DNA from: Octopus vulgaris | Taxonomy: Eukaryota | Length of the DNA: 64,000 nt | Reading direction: 5' to 3' | Assembly: GCA_951406725.2 (NCBI GenBank) | Contig: OX597832.1 | Span: forward strand, 43,896,001 to 43,960,000 | Shown: positions 13,357-26,174 of the stretch, in pieces | How positions within the stretch are numbered: the first letter of the stretch is position 1 | How the letters are laid out: each line of letters opens with the position of its first letter | Notes under the pieces: generated by a model | Databases searched by the model: none | What the model saw: the letters and a program-made list of their open reading frames with translations, nothing else | Told to the model about the DNA's origin: nothing | Made by a program: the position numbers and the translations under genes

Positions 13357-13752
13357 AGGCGCAGGAGTGGCTGTGTGGTAAGTAGCTTGCTAACTAGCCA
13401 CATGGTTCTGGGTTCAGTCCCACTGCGTGACATCTTGGGCAAGTGTCTTCTATTATAGCCTCGGGCCGACCAAAGCCTTGTGAGTGGATTTGGTAGACGG
13501 AAACTGAAAGAAGCCTGTCGTATATATGTATATATATGTGTGTGTGTGTGTTTGTGTGTCTGTGTTTGTCCCTCTAGCATTGCTTGACAACCGATGCTGG
13601 TGTGTTTACGTCCCCATCACTTAGCGGTTCGGCAAAAGAGACCGATAGAATAAGTACTGGGCTTACAAAAGAATAAGTCCCGGGGTCGAGTTGCTCGACT
13701 AAAGGCGGTGCTCCAGCATGGCCACAGTCAAATGACTGAAACAAGTAAAAGA
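13357..13752 (+). mobile_element. Full-length CORE-like SINE
   Basis: Complete head to tail. Confidence 0.9.
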
Positions 13753-14202
13753 CTCAAAAAAGAGAGTAAAAAAACAGGATGGTCATGGCAGAAAAGTCTT
13801 TGATCATAAGATCGACTTGACTCAAGCCTGTCTGCCTGCCTAGGGCTAAACGATCACAACACTGACACATAGACACATAACCTAATTACCAATTTAATTA
13901 TGCTAGAACTGAACAATGTAGTGGTGTTATTTAAAAATTATTTATTTATTAATATAAAACTCCTCTAACGACTACACGCATATTAATATATACACGAATA
14001 TACACATAAACATATAATTACCTAAATTCCAAATCCATATCAAAATTTGAAGTCGCATTTGAATACATGAATAATTACTTAATTTTTATCTTTTTTTTTT
14101 TTTCTGAAATCATTTGTGAAATAAGCACACAGACACACACAGACACACACACACACACATGCACACACACACAAATATGTACCCACACATATACATACAC
14201 AT

Positions 14203-14237
<35 letters not shown>

Positions 14238-14576
14238 CACACACACACACACATGCACACACACACTCACACATGCACATACACACACCCAAATATATAT
14301 ACCCACACATATACATTTATGCAAATACAACTTATGCATTTGTAGGCACTCTATCAATATACACACACAAACGCAAACATAACACACATATATATACATA
14401 CACATGCATACATATAATATATACACACATATACACACACATGTATATATACCCATATATACTAATATATACATATATATATACACACATATCACATTAA
14501 AAAATCTATAATAAAGTATATTTTAATTTGATTTTTAATTATATTTTATATATATATATTTATTATCAACATCAGC

Positions 14577-14615
<39 letters not shown>

Positions 14616-15094
14616 GATCATTAATTATTTTTTAATTACAGTGCATATATCAAGTAATTACTGCACTAAAAGATTTTTAGATATATTTTATTTATTCATT
14701 TGCTTTGATTCTTTAATCAACAAATTACTTTTATCACTCAATCTCTCAACCGGCCGTGTGTTGTTAATTTACAGACTGAGTCCACAATTTCAATTTTATA
14801 TTTTAAATAGTTACTCGTTGTCAAGCCAACAGCAAGGAAGCCACGACATGGTTGACTGGCCTACTAGACATAGCAGCCAAATCTCACTCAAATCATTCTG
14901 AAAACAAAGGATTCTTTGGATAATGAAATTTTTGATAAATTTTTTCATCCTCAACGTTGTCAAAGCATGAAGTAAACTGTCAGTATTGGTTTTTAGCTAT
15001 CAGAACACTACATCCATGTTTCCTGAATTTCCCTGAAACTACTCCCAGAATAACTGTTAACCATTTTCTCTTTATGGCTCTTTAACATTTATCT

Positions 15095-15474
15095 TTTATC
15101 CTTTATTGTTTCAGTCATTTGACTGCGCCCATGCTGGAGCACCAACCTAAAGAAATTTGAATCAAATGAATCAGTCACAGTACTTTTCTTTTAAGCCTGA
15201 TACTAATTCTATCAGTATAGATATCACATCACATGATCACCGTGACCGACCAGGCCATCAGATGTTGCTACACATCGCTGGTCACAATGCGCTTTGCATT
15301 GTTTTAGCACCTTCACATGACGCCACCCCGCCGGCTAAGTTCAAATTCCGCCAAGGTCAACTTTGCTTTCATCGTTTCAGGATCAATGAAATAAGTACCA
15401 ATTGAGCACAGGGGTTGATCTAATTGACTGGCCCCCTCCCCCAAAATTTCAGGCATTGTGCCTAAAGTAGAAAA

Positions 15475-15513
<39 letters not shown>

Positions 15514-15675
15514 GACAGGCTTCTTTCAGTTTCCATCTCCCAAATCCACTGACAAGGCTTTGGTCGGCCTGAGAATATAGTAGAAGACACTTGTCCAAGG
15601 TTCCACGCAGTGGGACTGAACCTGAAACCATGTGACTGGGAAGCAAACTTCTTACCACACAGCCATGCCTGCACT
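15095..15675 (-). mobile_element. Nested SINE cluster (CORE-like tail and head split by an atcaccgtg-tailed SINE fragment and a Nin-like SINE fragment)
   Basis: CORE-like tail about 15095-15200, atcaccgtgaccgaccagg fragment 15223-15338, gttcaaattccgccaaggtcaactttgctttcatc Nin-like piece 15339-15475, CORE-like head 15513-15675. Confidence 0.7.
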
Positions 15676-15922
15676 TATGATTACCAAGCAAAAAAAAAAA
15701 TGACAGGGCTCACTGAAATGTCCCCTTGTTGTGCCTATTCTACTGGGGTTATAACAACTTCTGCTCCTTTGACTAGATACACATTAACCCATCTGGCATA
15801 CACCTTCCCTCCTTTTGTCACATTCTACTGTATGTGTCACCCACCAAGACCAAGCACTAACCATATCTTACCCAGTCTTACCTCTACAGAGTATCAACCC
15901 TCTGGAATCTTCCTTCTACCAT

Positions 15923-15923
<1 letters not shown>

Positions 15924-15954
<31 letters not shown>

Positions 15955-16572
15955 AATGTCCGTTTTCCACGCTAGCATGGGTTGGACGGTTCGACTGGGG
16001 GTCTGGGAAGCCATGGAGGCTGCACCAGGCTCCAATCTGATCAGGCAGTGTTTCTATAGTTGGATGCCCTTCCTAACGCCAACCGTTCCGTGAGTGTAGT
16101 GGGTGGCCGGTTCGACTGGGGTCTGGGAAGCCAGGAGGCTGCACCAGGCTCCAATCTGATCAGGCAGTGTTTCTATAGTTGGATGCCCTTCCTAACACCA
16201 ACCATTCTGTGAGTGTAGTGGGTGGATGGTTCGACTGGGGTCTGGGAAGCCATGAAGGCTGCACCAGGCTCCAGTCTGATCTGGCAGTGTTTCTATAGCT
16301 GGATGCCCTTCCTAACACCAACCATTCTGTGAGTGTAGTGGGTGGACGGTTCGACTGGGGTCTGGGAAGCCATGGAGGCTGCACCAGGCTCCAATCTGAT
16401 CTGGCAGTGTTTCTATAGCTGGATGCCCTTCCAAACGCCAACCACTCCATGAGTGTAGTGGGTGTTTTTTTTACATGCCACCAGCACAGGGGCCAGAGCA
16501 GGCTGGCAAACGGCCACGATCGGTTGGTGCTTTTTACATGTCACCGACACGGACGCCAGTCAGGCAGTGCTG
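15924..16572 (-). mobile_element. (GAT)n-tailed SINE-like retroposon with four tandem ~120-bp internal units
   Basis: ggttcgactggggtctgggaagcca...ggatgcccttcc..acgccaacc...gagtgtagtgggt repeats at about 15988, 16109, 16228 and 16348. Confidence 0.85.
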
Positions 16573-16597
16573 ATGTTCAAACTCAACAGCAACCATA

Positions 16598-16826
16598 TTT
16601 ACCCTTTCGATACCAACCTGCCTGAAACCGCCTCTGACTCTGTAGTACAAATGTCTTGTTTTCATAAGTTTTGAACTAAAGTCTGCCACCAAACCTTAGT
16701 CACAATTTATGTTCCTAGCACTAGCTGAATGAAAGCTAAGTTATTTTACTAAATTCATTGTTATATTTAAAGAAATTGAAAGAACTACAGAGCATCTCAA
16801 AATAAATACGGTAACGAAAGGGTTAA
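16598..16826. mobile_element. piggyBac-like MITE
   Basis: Terminal inverted repeats tt(t/a)a-CCCTTTCG(a/t)TACC ... GGTAACGAAAGGG-ttaa with a TTAA-type target. A second copy lies at 59743-59959. Confidence 0.75.
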
Positions 16827-17209
16827 TATCACTGGTGTCAGAGGGCCTGCGAAGGTTATGGTGAATATGCTAGGGTTGTTGAACAGACACATTTGTATAA
16901 ATTAAAGGTACACACATCAACAGATGCTGAGGGTTTACTTTATCATTATTTCCCGTATGTTTTATGTTAATGCTCGGAATTATGCTAATAAGTGTTTGTG
17001 GGTATAAATATGTAGTGCATGTTAGTTTGCAGAGGTGCAAGTGTGAACGTGCAGAAGGAAATGCATGTATCTTTGTGTGCACTTGCATCAGTGTGTTCAT
17101 GAATGTGCAAATGCGTAAGTCTTTGACTGTATTATGGAAGCTGTTTAAATGTATACAAGTTTATGAGTGTTTATAGAAGTGCCTGGCTAACTGCAATTTT
17201 ATTGTTGAG

Positions 17210-17700
<491 letters not shown>

Positions 17701-18029
17701 ACCATGAAACAATAAAACCTTTACGAGGCCAGTTCAACTCAATTGAAATTCTCCTATGAAAAACATCACACAGAAATCTAGAATAAAGTTCTGAGATGTT
17801 AACATCTTAAGAACAATAAGTACATCACACCAATGCGCAACAGAATGCACAATTGTAACATATATATAAACATGTGCATAGTTGATTGTACAGATAAATA
17901 CACAAAAATAAAAACCTTCCCTTTTTTTTTCTCTACTGAGAATAGTTCACCTAATATCCTTCAACACAACACAGTATCACAATGAAGTCAATAAGGTGGC
18001 CTTTATTGTGATCGCTCGACCTGTTAGAA

Positions 18030-19020
18030 CAGTGATTTCCAACCATTTTTAATCTACATCTACAACCCAATTGAATAAAAAGCGTTATGTATGTTTTCAG
18101 TTCGTTGTCAGCTTTTCAAAATGTCTTGTTGCATAAAAACCAAGTATTAAAATTGTTTAAAAACGAAGACAGACGTGTATTGCATTTTGGCGGCAAAAGA
18201 ATACATATGCTCTGGTGCGCTGGTGCACTGCATCCAATAACACTCAGACGTTCTAAACTGGTATTTTCCGACTGGTTTCAAAAACTCAAGGCATACCTGC
18301 AGACTTATAAGTGGCACTCCTGCAGACCATATTGATATGCCTGCAAATCTTACATGGCACATCTGCAGGCATTACATGGTACACCTGTAGACCATACATA
18401 GTACGCTTTGCAAACCAGATGTGGCACACCTGCAGACTAACATGATACACCTGCAGACCTAATATGGCACACCTATTTCTTTACAACCCACAAGGGGCTA
18501 AACACAGAGAGAACAAATAAGGACAGACAAATGGATTAAGTCGATTATATCGACCCCAGTGCGTAACTGGTACTTATTTAATCGACCCTGAAAGGATGAA
18601 AGACAAGTCGACCTCGGTGGAATTTGAACTCAGAACATAACGACAGACAAAATACCTATTTCTTTACTACTCACAAGGGGCTAAACATAGAGGGAACAAA
18701 TAAGGACAGACAAACGGATTAAGTCAATTATATCGACCCCAGTGCATAACTGGTACTTAATTTATTGACCCTGAAAGGATGAAAGGCAAAGTCAGCCTCG
18801 GCGGAATTTGAACTCAGAACATAGCAGCAGATGAAATACCACTAAGCATTTCACCCAGCGCACTAATAATTCTGCCAGCTCACTGCACACCTGCAGACTA
18901 ACATGATACACCTGCAGACCTAATATGGCACACCTGCAGGCCTTACATGTCACATCTGCAGATCTTACAAGGCACACCTAGATACGTTAAATAGCACACC
19001 AACAAACCATATGTGACACA
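18030..19020. mobile_element. Putative hAT-like non-autonomous element with an internal ~22-bp minisatellite (atggcacacctgcagacc...), split by a SINE
   Basis: Begins cagtgatttccaacc (resembles a Charlie/hAT-type terminus). Degenerate cacctgcaga units span 18290-18474 and 18885-19020. Right terminus not identified. Confidence 0.45.
18472..18884 (-). mobile_element. Nin-domain-like tRNA-derived SINE, head plus two tandem ~183-bp bodies
   Basis: Minus strand has gagctggcagaa..ttag...gagttcaaattcc (B box), then gaggtcgactt.gtctttcatcctttcagggtcgat..aataagtaccagt (Nin-like). The body occurs twice. Confidence 0.8.
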
Positions 19021-19357
19021 TAAGTATGTGAATCTGAGAGGGGAATATGTCGAATAAAATCATAATTAACTGGTTCTCTTGTATTTTCTTTGACACAGAG
19101 CCAGGAACTTTTCAGCATATATTGCTGGTGAAGTGATGAATTGCTGCTGTGTCAAGTGGTCGAGTGTCAATCATTGACCAAACCAAACTAGATTGAAATC
19201 ACATGATCTGGTTGTCTTGGTGCTGAAGAAATCAAGGATTTATCTTCCCACAAGTGATATTAACAAGAGTCCATTTTGCTCCACAAACCCAATATGATAG
19301 TTTCTCTCATGGTATCTACCGCAGTATAAGGTGGCGAACTGGCAGAACCATTATATA

Positions 19358-19753
19358 TCTTTATATATAAAAGTGAAGTTGTGTGAGAGTCTGTCTCCTA
19401 CAATTTAGATTCCTAACTACTCCCACATTTTGCGGTGCAGTTTAACCAAAACCGGGTATCTTATAGTCGTGATTCATATCGAGCCCTTCTGGGTATTAGC
19501 GCGTGTCTATGATGAGTGTACGATCTAAAAAAAAATTTACCATCAATTTTTCTCATTTTTAATGCATTTTTGGCATATATAAGGGAAGTAACTCTCTAAA
19601 AATGTATTATTAAATTTCAGAACATAAAAAGCTACAGTAACACCCCCCTTTGTGGTTAGCCATATTGAGATGGCTATTATACTTTACATCTCTAAAAATG
19701 CTTATATAGTTATTTCCCTTACAAACCCGAGCAACGCCGGGCGATACTGCTAG
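19358..19753 (+). mobile_element. Non-autonomous Helitron-like element
   Basis: Starts a|TCtttatatataaaagtgaagttgtgtg and ends cccgagcaacgccgggcgatactgCTAG|t: 5' TC, 3' hairpin plus CTAG, A|T insertion site. Confidence 0.8.
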
Positions 19754-20257
19754 TATATATATATAATAAATACTAGAACCGATCAAAGCGGTGCTCCAGC
19801 ATGGCCGCAGTCCAATGACTGAAACAAGTAAAGAAATAAAGATCCTTACTCACATAGTCACACTTTTTCCCCACCGAAGCCCATTAGCCAATACTTTCTG
19901 ATGCCAAACCATTTTCTCAACTCAGTCGTACTCAGACACAAACAAAAAAAAACTTAAGTTCTGGTTTAAGTTGCATATATACAACATAATAGAGTCGGAG
20001 ATGATAAATTTTAACAGTCTCATTGTTTTTGTTTGTAGGTTGGGTTTTTTTTTTTTTTGGAGTTTTTTTTTTTTTTTTGTATTGATTGCTTAGTAAGACT
20101 GTGTAGTTGTGATGGTTTTTGAAGTGATGGGTTGGAGAAGAAGAGGTTTGAAGCTGACGAAATCCCATTTTAATGAATAATTCATGAAGTGAAACAACAT
20201 GAATATTTTGAAGCCGATTCAAAAGCAAAAAAAAAAAAAGAAATCAGAGAAAATTGA

Positions 20258-20292
<35 letters not shown>

Positions 20293-20357
20293 TGATGATG
20301 ATGATGATGGTGATGATGGTGATGATGCTGATGCTGATGATGATGATGATGATGATG

Positions 20358-20411
<54 letters not shown>

Positions 20412-20450
20412 GCAAAAACAACATAACAACACTGATGATGATGATGATAA
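20258..20450. repeat. (AAT)n/(GAT)n compound trinucleotide microsatellite
   Basis: Direct reading. Confidence 0.95.
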
Positions 20451-21355
20451 CGAGTAAAAACAATAATACTTATAATAAAAATTGAAGAGAAAGAGAGACA
20501 GACAGACAGACAGAAGGAGAGTAAGCAGAGTGAGGAGGGGGAAGATGTAATTTGTTTTGTTTTATTTTTATTTTATATTTTATTTTATGTAATGTTTTTC
20601 TTTTCTTTTTTTTCTTTTTTTTTTGGTTTTCAATATTTTCTTCCTCTCTTTACAGTAAAATCTATTCTAGTGCTGACTTATCTGCGTGAATTTAGTAGGA
20701 ATGAGGTAGTCAAAAATAAAAATAACAAGCTTTATCAACACATTAACTGAAAAGAAACGAAAAACCAAAAAAAAAAAAACCCACTTATTATTCCTATGTT
20801 ACAAAGAAATCTTTCTAATATTTTTTTTTTTTATTATTTATTTCTCTAAATCCAGTCGGTAACATATGATTCTAAAACAGTGAATATATTTAAAACCTGT
20901 TACTACTATTCAGAAATCACATTATACTAGTACAACTTTTCATGTTTCTTTTTTTTATTAATTACAATAAAATTTACTTTAGAGAGGTTTTTTGTTCCTC
21001 ACTCCCACCAATTATATATATATTTTATTCATTATAACTTTTGTTATTTTATATATACATACATACATATATATATATAAATAATAAAAAATACGTATAG
21101 AGAAAATTACATCTTTATTGTAGAATTCACCTTACAAAGCCAACAATTGTTTCTATTGTATGAACACACACACACATATATACATATATGTATGCAAGAA
21201 GAAAATGGAGGAAAAATAACACGAAAACTACAGTTTACTCGCTGAATTTCCTGCTACCGTATATCTTTTACCAAGGACTATACCTACACAGCTAATCACC
21301 AGGAGTGCCTTTGGAGTTAACCATCCTTAGAGGTTTTAAACACCTCTAACTTATA

Positions 21356-21400
<45 letters not shown>

Positions 21401-21604
21401 GTTGAAATTAAAATTAATATTTCCAGAAATATATGTTAACACAATGTTATCAAGGCAATCCAAAATTGAACATACATATATGCATATATATATATAAATG
21501 TGTGTATGTGTATGTATATTTTTTTCATTTTTCATTTTATCTAGTTTCAGCTCACGAGCTGTGGCCATGCTGGGGCACCATATGTATATATATATATATA
21601 TATA

Positions 21605-21792
21605 GGGAGAATTTACGAAAAAAACAAAAGACGAAGACAGGTGGTGTACAAAACAAACAGATGTATTAGTATAACGCTCAGGAATAGAAAAAGTCTTTTA
21701 CATTTCGAGCCTATGCTCTTCTACAGAAAGGGACACAGAAAAAACAAGGAGAGAAACAAGGAGAGAAAAAATGTGTGTAGTGGCTAACGATC
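21605..21792 (-). mobile_element. ~190-bp Penelope-pLTR-like hammerhead element (copy 2)
   Basis: Minus strand cttt-CTGTAGA-A-GAGC-atag-GCTC-GAAA-TG-TA-aaag. The 3' end abuts (TA)n. Confidence 0.65.
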
Positions 21793-21824
21793 ATATGTAT
21801 ATATGATGATGATATATATATATA

Positions 21825-21973
21825 CCAGAGTAAGCACATAAATGTGAAAGAAGGTGGAAAAAAATAGTACTCAAATACCAGAGGTAGAGTAAGATGCTTT
21901 ATTAAAAGAGCAGCAAAGATATCACAAAAACTGTTACTCAGGGTTTCACATTCCCATTCGTCGGACGAACAGC
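21825..21973 (-). mobile_element. Second short Penelope-pLTR-like element with a degenerate hammerhead motif
   Basis: Minus strand ctgttcgt-CCGACGA-atg-ggaa-tgt-GAAAC-cctga-GTA-acag, followed by aataaa. Related sequence at about 59345-59440. Confidence 0.45.
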
Positions 21974-22156
21974 AATTTATGGAGAGAGAGAGGTATGTAA
22001 ATATTCGTGTGTAGGTGTGTGAATGTCTGTTTGTGTACAACCATATATAAATTTTTTTTTTCATTGTGCTGTAATTTTGTAAAATTGCTCTGTATTGTAA
22101 TGTATGTGTCTGCGTTGACCCAGTGGCAAATGATAAAATAGCTGGTGCCATTGTTA

Positions 22157-22196
<40 letters not shown>

Positions 22197-22770
22197 CACC
22201 ATCATTATTATTTTGTATTTTTCAGTTTAGTTACAGAACTGGAAAAAATCTATTACAAAAAAACAGAAATATTTTTTTGTATCATTGATAATTCCTTTTG
22301 TTTTTTGGAGTTTGTTTTTTCAGGGTGGCAGTTTGTTTTTTTGTTTGTTTTTTTGTGATGCTTGTTTTTGTTTTGTTTTCTAATTTATTTTTGTTTGCTT
22401 TTCAAATATGAATTAATATGAATGTTGTCTGAGTGAATCTGTAAACATGTTTGAATGTTCTTTCAATAGTTCTAAGACGAGGAATTTTCATTATTTTAAA
22501 CACAGATATATTCGGTCTACTGACCTCATCTTTGGTTGTTATTGTCACTATGTTTTGGTGGTTGCAACCCCAGACTTTAAACAGGTGTCTCTGTAGTTTG
22601 GCGCATTATGTTCTCATTCTTAGAACTTGGAAACAAAAACCTTCATAAGGGTCCATTGTTCTCATAACACTGTCCATACCATAGAGTTCTTGTATCATTA
22701 ATTCTTCTATTTGTGATGCCATTGCTATCCTGCTAGAATCAGAGTGCATTTGTGTGTGTGTGTGTGTGTT

Positions 22771-22941
22771 CTGTCCGAGTCAGACGCCATGATAGATCGT
22801 TAGCCACTACACACATTTTTTTCTCTCCTTGTTTTTTTCGAAACATAAAAGACTTTTTTATTCCTGAGTGTTATACTAATACATCTGTTTGTTTTGTACA
22901 CCACCTGTCTTCATCTTTTGTTTTTTTTTCGTGAACTCTCG

Positions 22942-22942
<1 letters not shown>
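22771..22942 (+). mobile_element. Hammerhead element copy 3, with an internal deletion removing the 5' half of the core
   Basis: ...ctccttgtttttt|tcgaaacataaaagac...; otherwise matches the other copies and is followed by (TA)n. Confidence 0.7.
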
Positions 22943-22970
<28 letters not shown>

Positions 22971-22973
<3 letters not shown>

Positions 22974-23135
22974 CTCTCCTTTTTTCTTTCCTTGTTTTTT
23001 CTGTGTCCCTTTCTGTAGAAGAGCATAGGCTCGAAACGTAAAAGACTTTTTCTATTTCTGAGCGTTATACTAATACATCTGTTTGTTTTGTACACCACCT
23101 GTCTTTGTCTTTTGTTTTTTTCGTAAACTCTCCCC
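22971..23135 (+). mobile_element. Hammerhead element copy 4 (best-preserved core)
   Basis: Flanked by (TA)n on both sides. Core at 23009-23044. Confidence 0.7.
23009..23044 (+). ncRNA. Putative minimal type I hammerhead ribozyme motif (variant core CUGUAGA)
   Basis: Stem I CUUU/AAAG, core CUGUAGA-A, stem II GAGC(AUAG)GCUC, GAAA, palindromic ACGU in place of stem III, predicted cleavage after GUA at 23040. Confidence 0.55.
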
Positions 23136-23762
23136 ATATATATATATATGTATGTATATATATATATATATATATAAAGAGAGAGAGAGGGGGGAGGGAG
23201 AGAGACAGAGACAGAGAGACAGAGAGATACATACTAGATTTCATAGAGAGGAGGTCAAATTTAATATTACATATATTAGCACCCACTTCCTATATTTTTT
23301 TAGTCTAGGTTCAAATAAACCTGACTGGAAGAACAAATATATAAATCCCATAAAATGACTACTAAAAAAAGAAACCTATGTATTGCACTTTAAGCCTCTT
23401 TTTTTGTTTTTCTATTAACTACTGAGGAGTACAAGTATGACTATTACGATTTCCTATTTATGAATATCTGAGTCCATTTGTATGAAACAATTGTATAGCA
23501 ATATGAGAACTAAAAACTATAATCCATTTTCAACATCCAACCTCATTCATTACATAAATATGATTGAATTTGTTGAACTTTGTTTAATATGTTAAGACGT
23601 ATACTGATTATTTCAATACAAGCTTTTCATACCTGTACAAATTTTGTAAATAAATTCGAAAGTGTAGTATGGAGAAAAGACATTCGAAATCTTAGGAAAA
23701 AATTCCAATTAAAGGACAAACATACATTCATCCGACAAAATATACAGTAGTACCTTGGTTTG

Positions 23763-23799
<37 letters not shown>

Positions 23800-23854
23800 T
23801 GATCATGATGTATATATACATGAATAAATCTCTGATCATGAATAAATCGTGCTT

Positions 23855-23964
<110 letters not shown>

Positions 23965-24017
23965 CATATATACACACACACACACACACATATATATATA
24001 CACACACATTATATTAT

Positions 24018-24484
24018 ATCACCGTGAGCACCGTAACCAACCAGGCTATCAGACGTTGCTACACAACGTTGGTCACAATGCGCTTTACATTGTTTTAGCC
24101 TACAAATGATGCCACCCTGCTGGCTAAGCGAGCAGGCCAACAGAAGAAAGAGTGAGAGAAAGTCGTGGCGAAAGAGTACAGTTGGGATCGCCACTACCCC
24201 CTGCCAGAGCCTCGTGGAGCCGGTTTCCCGGTTTCCTTGGCGTATAGGTTCCCCACTTGGATGGGACGCCAGTCCGTCGCAGGTGTGCTGCAAGATGCAG
24301 GAGGAATGAATGAGAGAAAGTTGTGGCAAAAGAGTCAGCAGAAGTTTCACCATTACCTTCTGCCGGAGCCGCGTGGAGCTTAGGTGTTTCACTCATGAAC
24401 ACACACATTGCCTGGCCTCAGATTCGAACCCGCGATCCCTCAACCGCGAGTCCGCTGCTCTAACCACTAGGCCATGTGCTACCA
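24018..24484 (-). mobile_element. Chimeric tRNA-derived SINE (Meta-like SINE joined to the 3' part of an atcaccgtg-tailed OR1-like SINE)
   Basis: Minus-strand head tggcctagtggttagagcagcggactcgcgg...gggttcgaatc (A and B boxes), Meta-like cctgcgacggactggcgtcccatcc...gaaaccgg, then a restart at ctccacgaggctctggcag into a different tail. Confidence 0.7.
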
Positions 24485-24789
24485 TATGTTGGTGTGCTAC
24501 AGAAGTAGTCCAGGAACTTTTTGAGACTACCTGAAAGCTAATTATGTCCCAAAAACTAATTATACCTGTTCAAATATGACATCATCTTCCCACAATTGGC
24601 AATAAGGAAGGCAACCACAAATAGTTGCTACATCTACTACCTGTACAAGGTGGGTGGTGTTTTGCAATTCTGCTTAGAAATTGCTTTATTTTGTTCGTTT
24701 AAATAAATTCTCTGGTCTTGTATTTTTACATACTTATGCGTTTTTATACTTTTTCTTGGCTATATCACATGTGTGTATGCATACACACA

Positions 24790-24820
<31 letters not shown>

Positions 24821-24895
24821 GTGTGTGTGTGTGTATGTGTGTACATATATATATATATATAAGTATATATATATATAAGTATATATATACATAAG

Positions 24896-24949
<54 letters not shown>

Positions 24950-24993
24950 GATATAAGCATGCACATGTGTGTGTCTGTGCATGTATGTATGGG

Positions 24994-25150
<157 letters not shown>

Positions 25151-25650
25151 TATGTGTGATTATTTTCATAAATATTTATTCAGACAAATAACAATTCTGG
25201 AATAATATCAATGTCCCATCACTACATTTTTTATTGATAACTAAAAATATAAATGAGTTTCGTATTAAAATAGCTTTTAGGTGCAAATCAACTGAAAGAA
25301 AATGCTAAAAAAAAAAAAAAAAAAAAATTCCCACCAACGTTATGTTTTTATGTTTAAAAACTAATTTTATGAATTCTGCAGACATAAAAGGATTAAAAAA
25401 AAAAGAAAAAGGAAACTTTTGGCTAAAAGTAGTTTTTAGATATACTGTCTGAAAATGAGGTGAGATGGTTATGGCTGGAACACCTTTGATCACAAATCTG
25501 CTTGATCAGAGCTGATCAAGGGCTAAATAAAAACCTGTTCTTTGATATATGTTGGCTTTTTATAAAAATTTCCAAGACACCTTTATTTGGTCAGCGTATC
25601 TTTGCATGTGTGTGTGTGTGTGTGTGTATGTTTATCTATCTATCTATCTA

Positions 25651-25702
<52 letters not shown>

Positions 25703-25755
25703 TATATACATACATATATATATATACATACATATATATATACATACATATATAT

Positions 25756-25786
<31 letters not shown>

Positions 25787-25866
25787 CATACGTATATATA
25801 CATATATATATATACATATATATATACACATACATATATATACATATATATATATACATATATATA

Positions 25867-26172
25867 TATTAAGTCATCCCATAAATAATGCAGTTTTTTC
25901 AATTGCATGAACTAAAAGTTGGAGCAGGACAGGATAAACTACCTGCATCAACTTGCTATAAAAGCAGGTAGTAATTTTACCATGTCCTTATTCCTAGTGC
26001 AAGTTTTGAAGAGTGCAGTTCAATTCTAACAATTATTTTTCAAAGCTATAATGGAAGTGACAAAAGAGCAGATTCGGCATATTTTGCTTTATAAGTTCAA
26101 GAAAGTCAACAACACAACGGAAAGTACAAGAAATAATGCAGTATATGGAGATCAGGCAATAAGCATAAGACA
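25867..26172 (+). mobile_element. Truncated mariner (Tc1/mariner) element: left end and transposase N-terminus
   Basis: TA-ttaagtcatcccataaataatgc terminus. From 26051 it reads MEVTKEQIRHILLYKFKKVNNTTESTR/NNAVYGDQAISIR, resembling the mariner/SETMAR helix-turn-helix start. Confidence 0.75.
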
Positions 26173-26174
26173 CC

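Noticed and set aside
19090-19320. Strong-looking + strand splice acceptor at about 19098
   Set aside because: All frames close quickly, and the minus strand reads atgctgaaaagttcctggct, resembling a mariner terminal sequence. Likely a transposon remnant.
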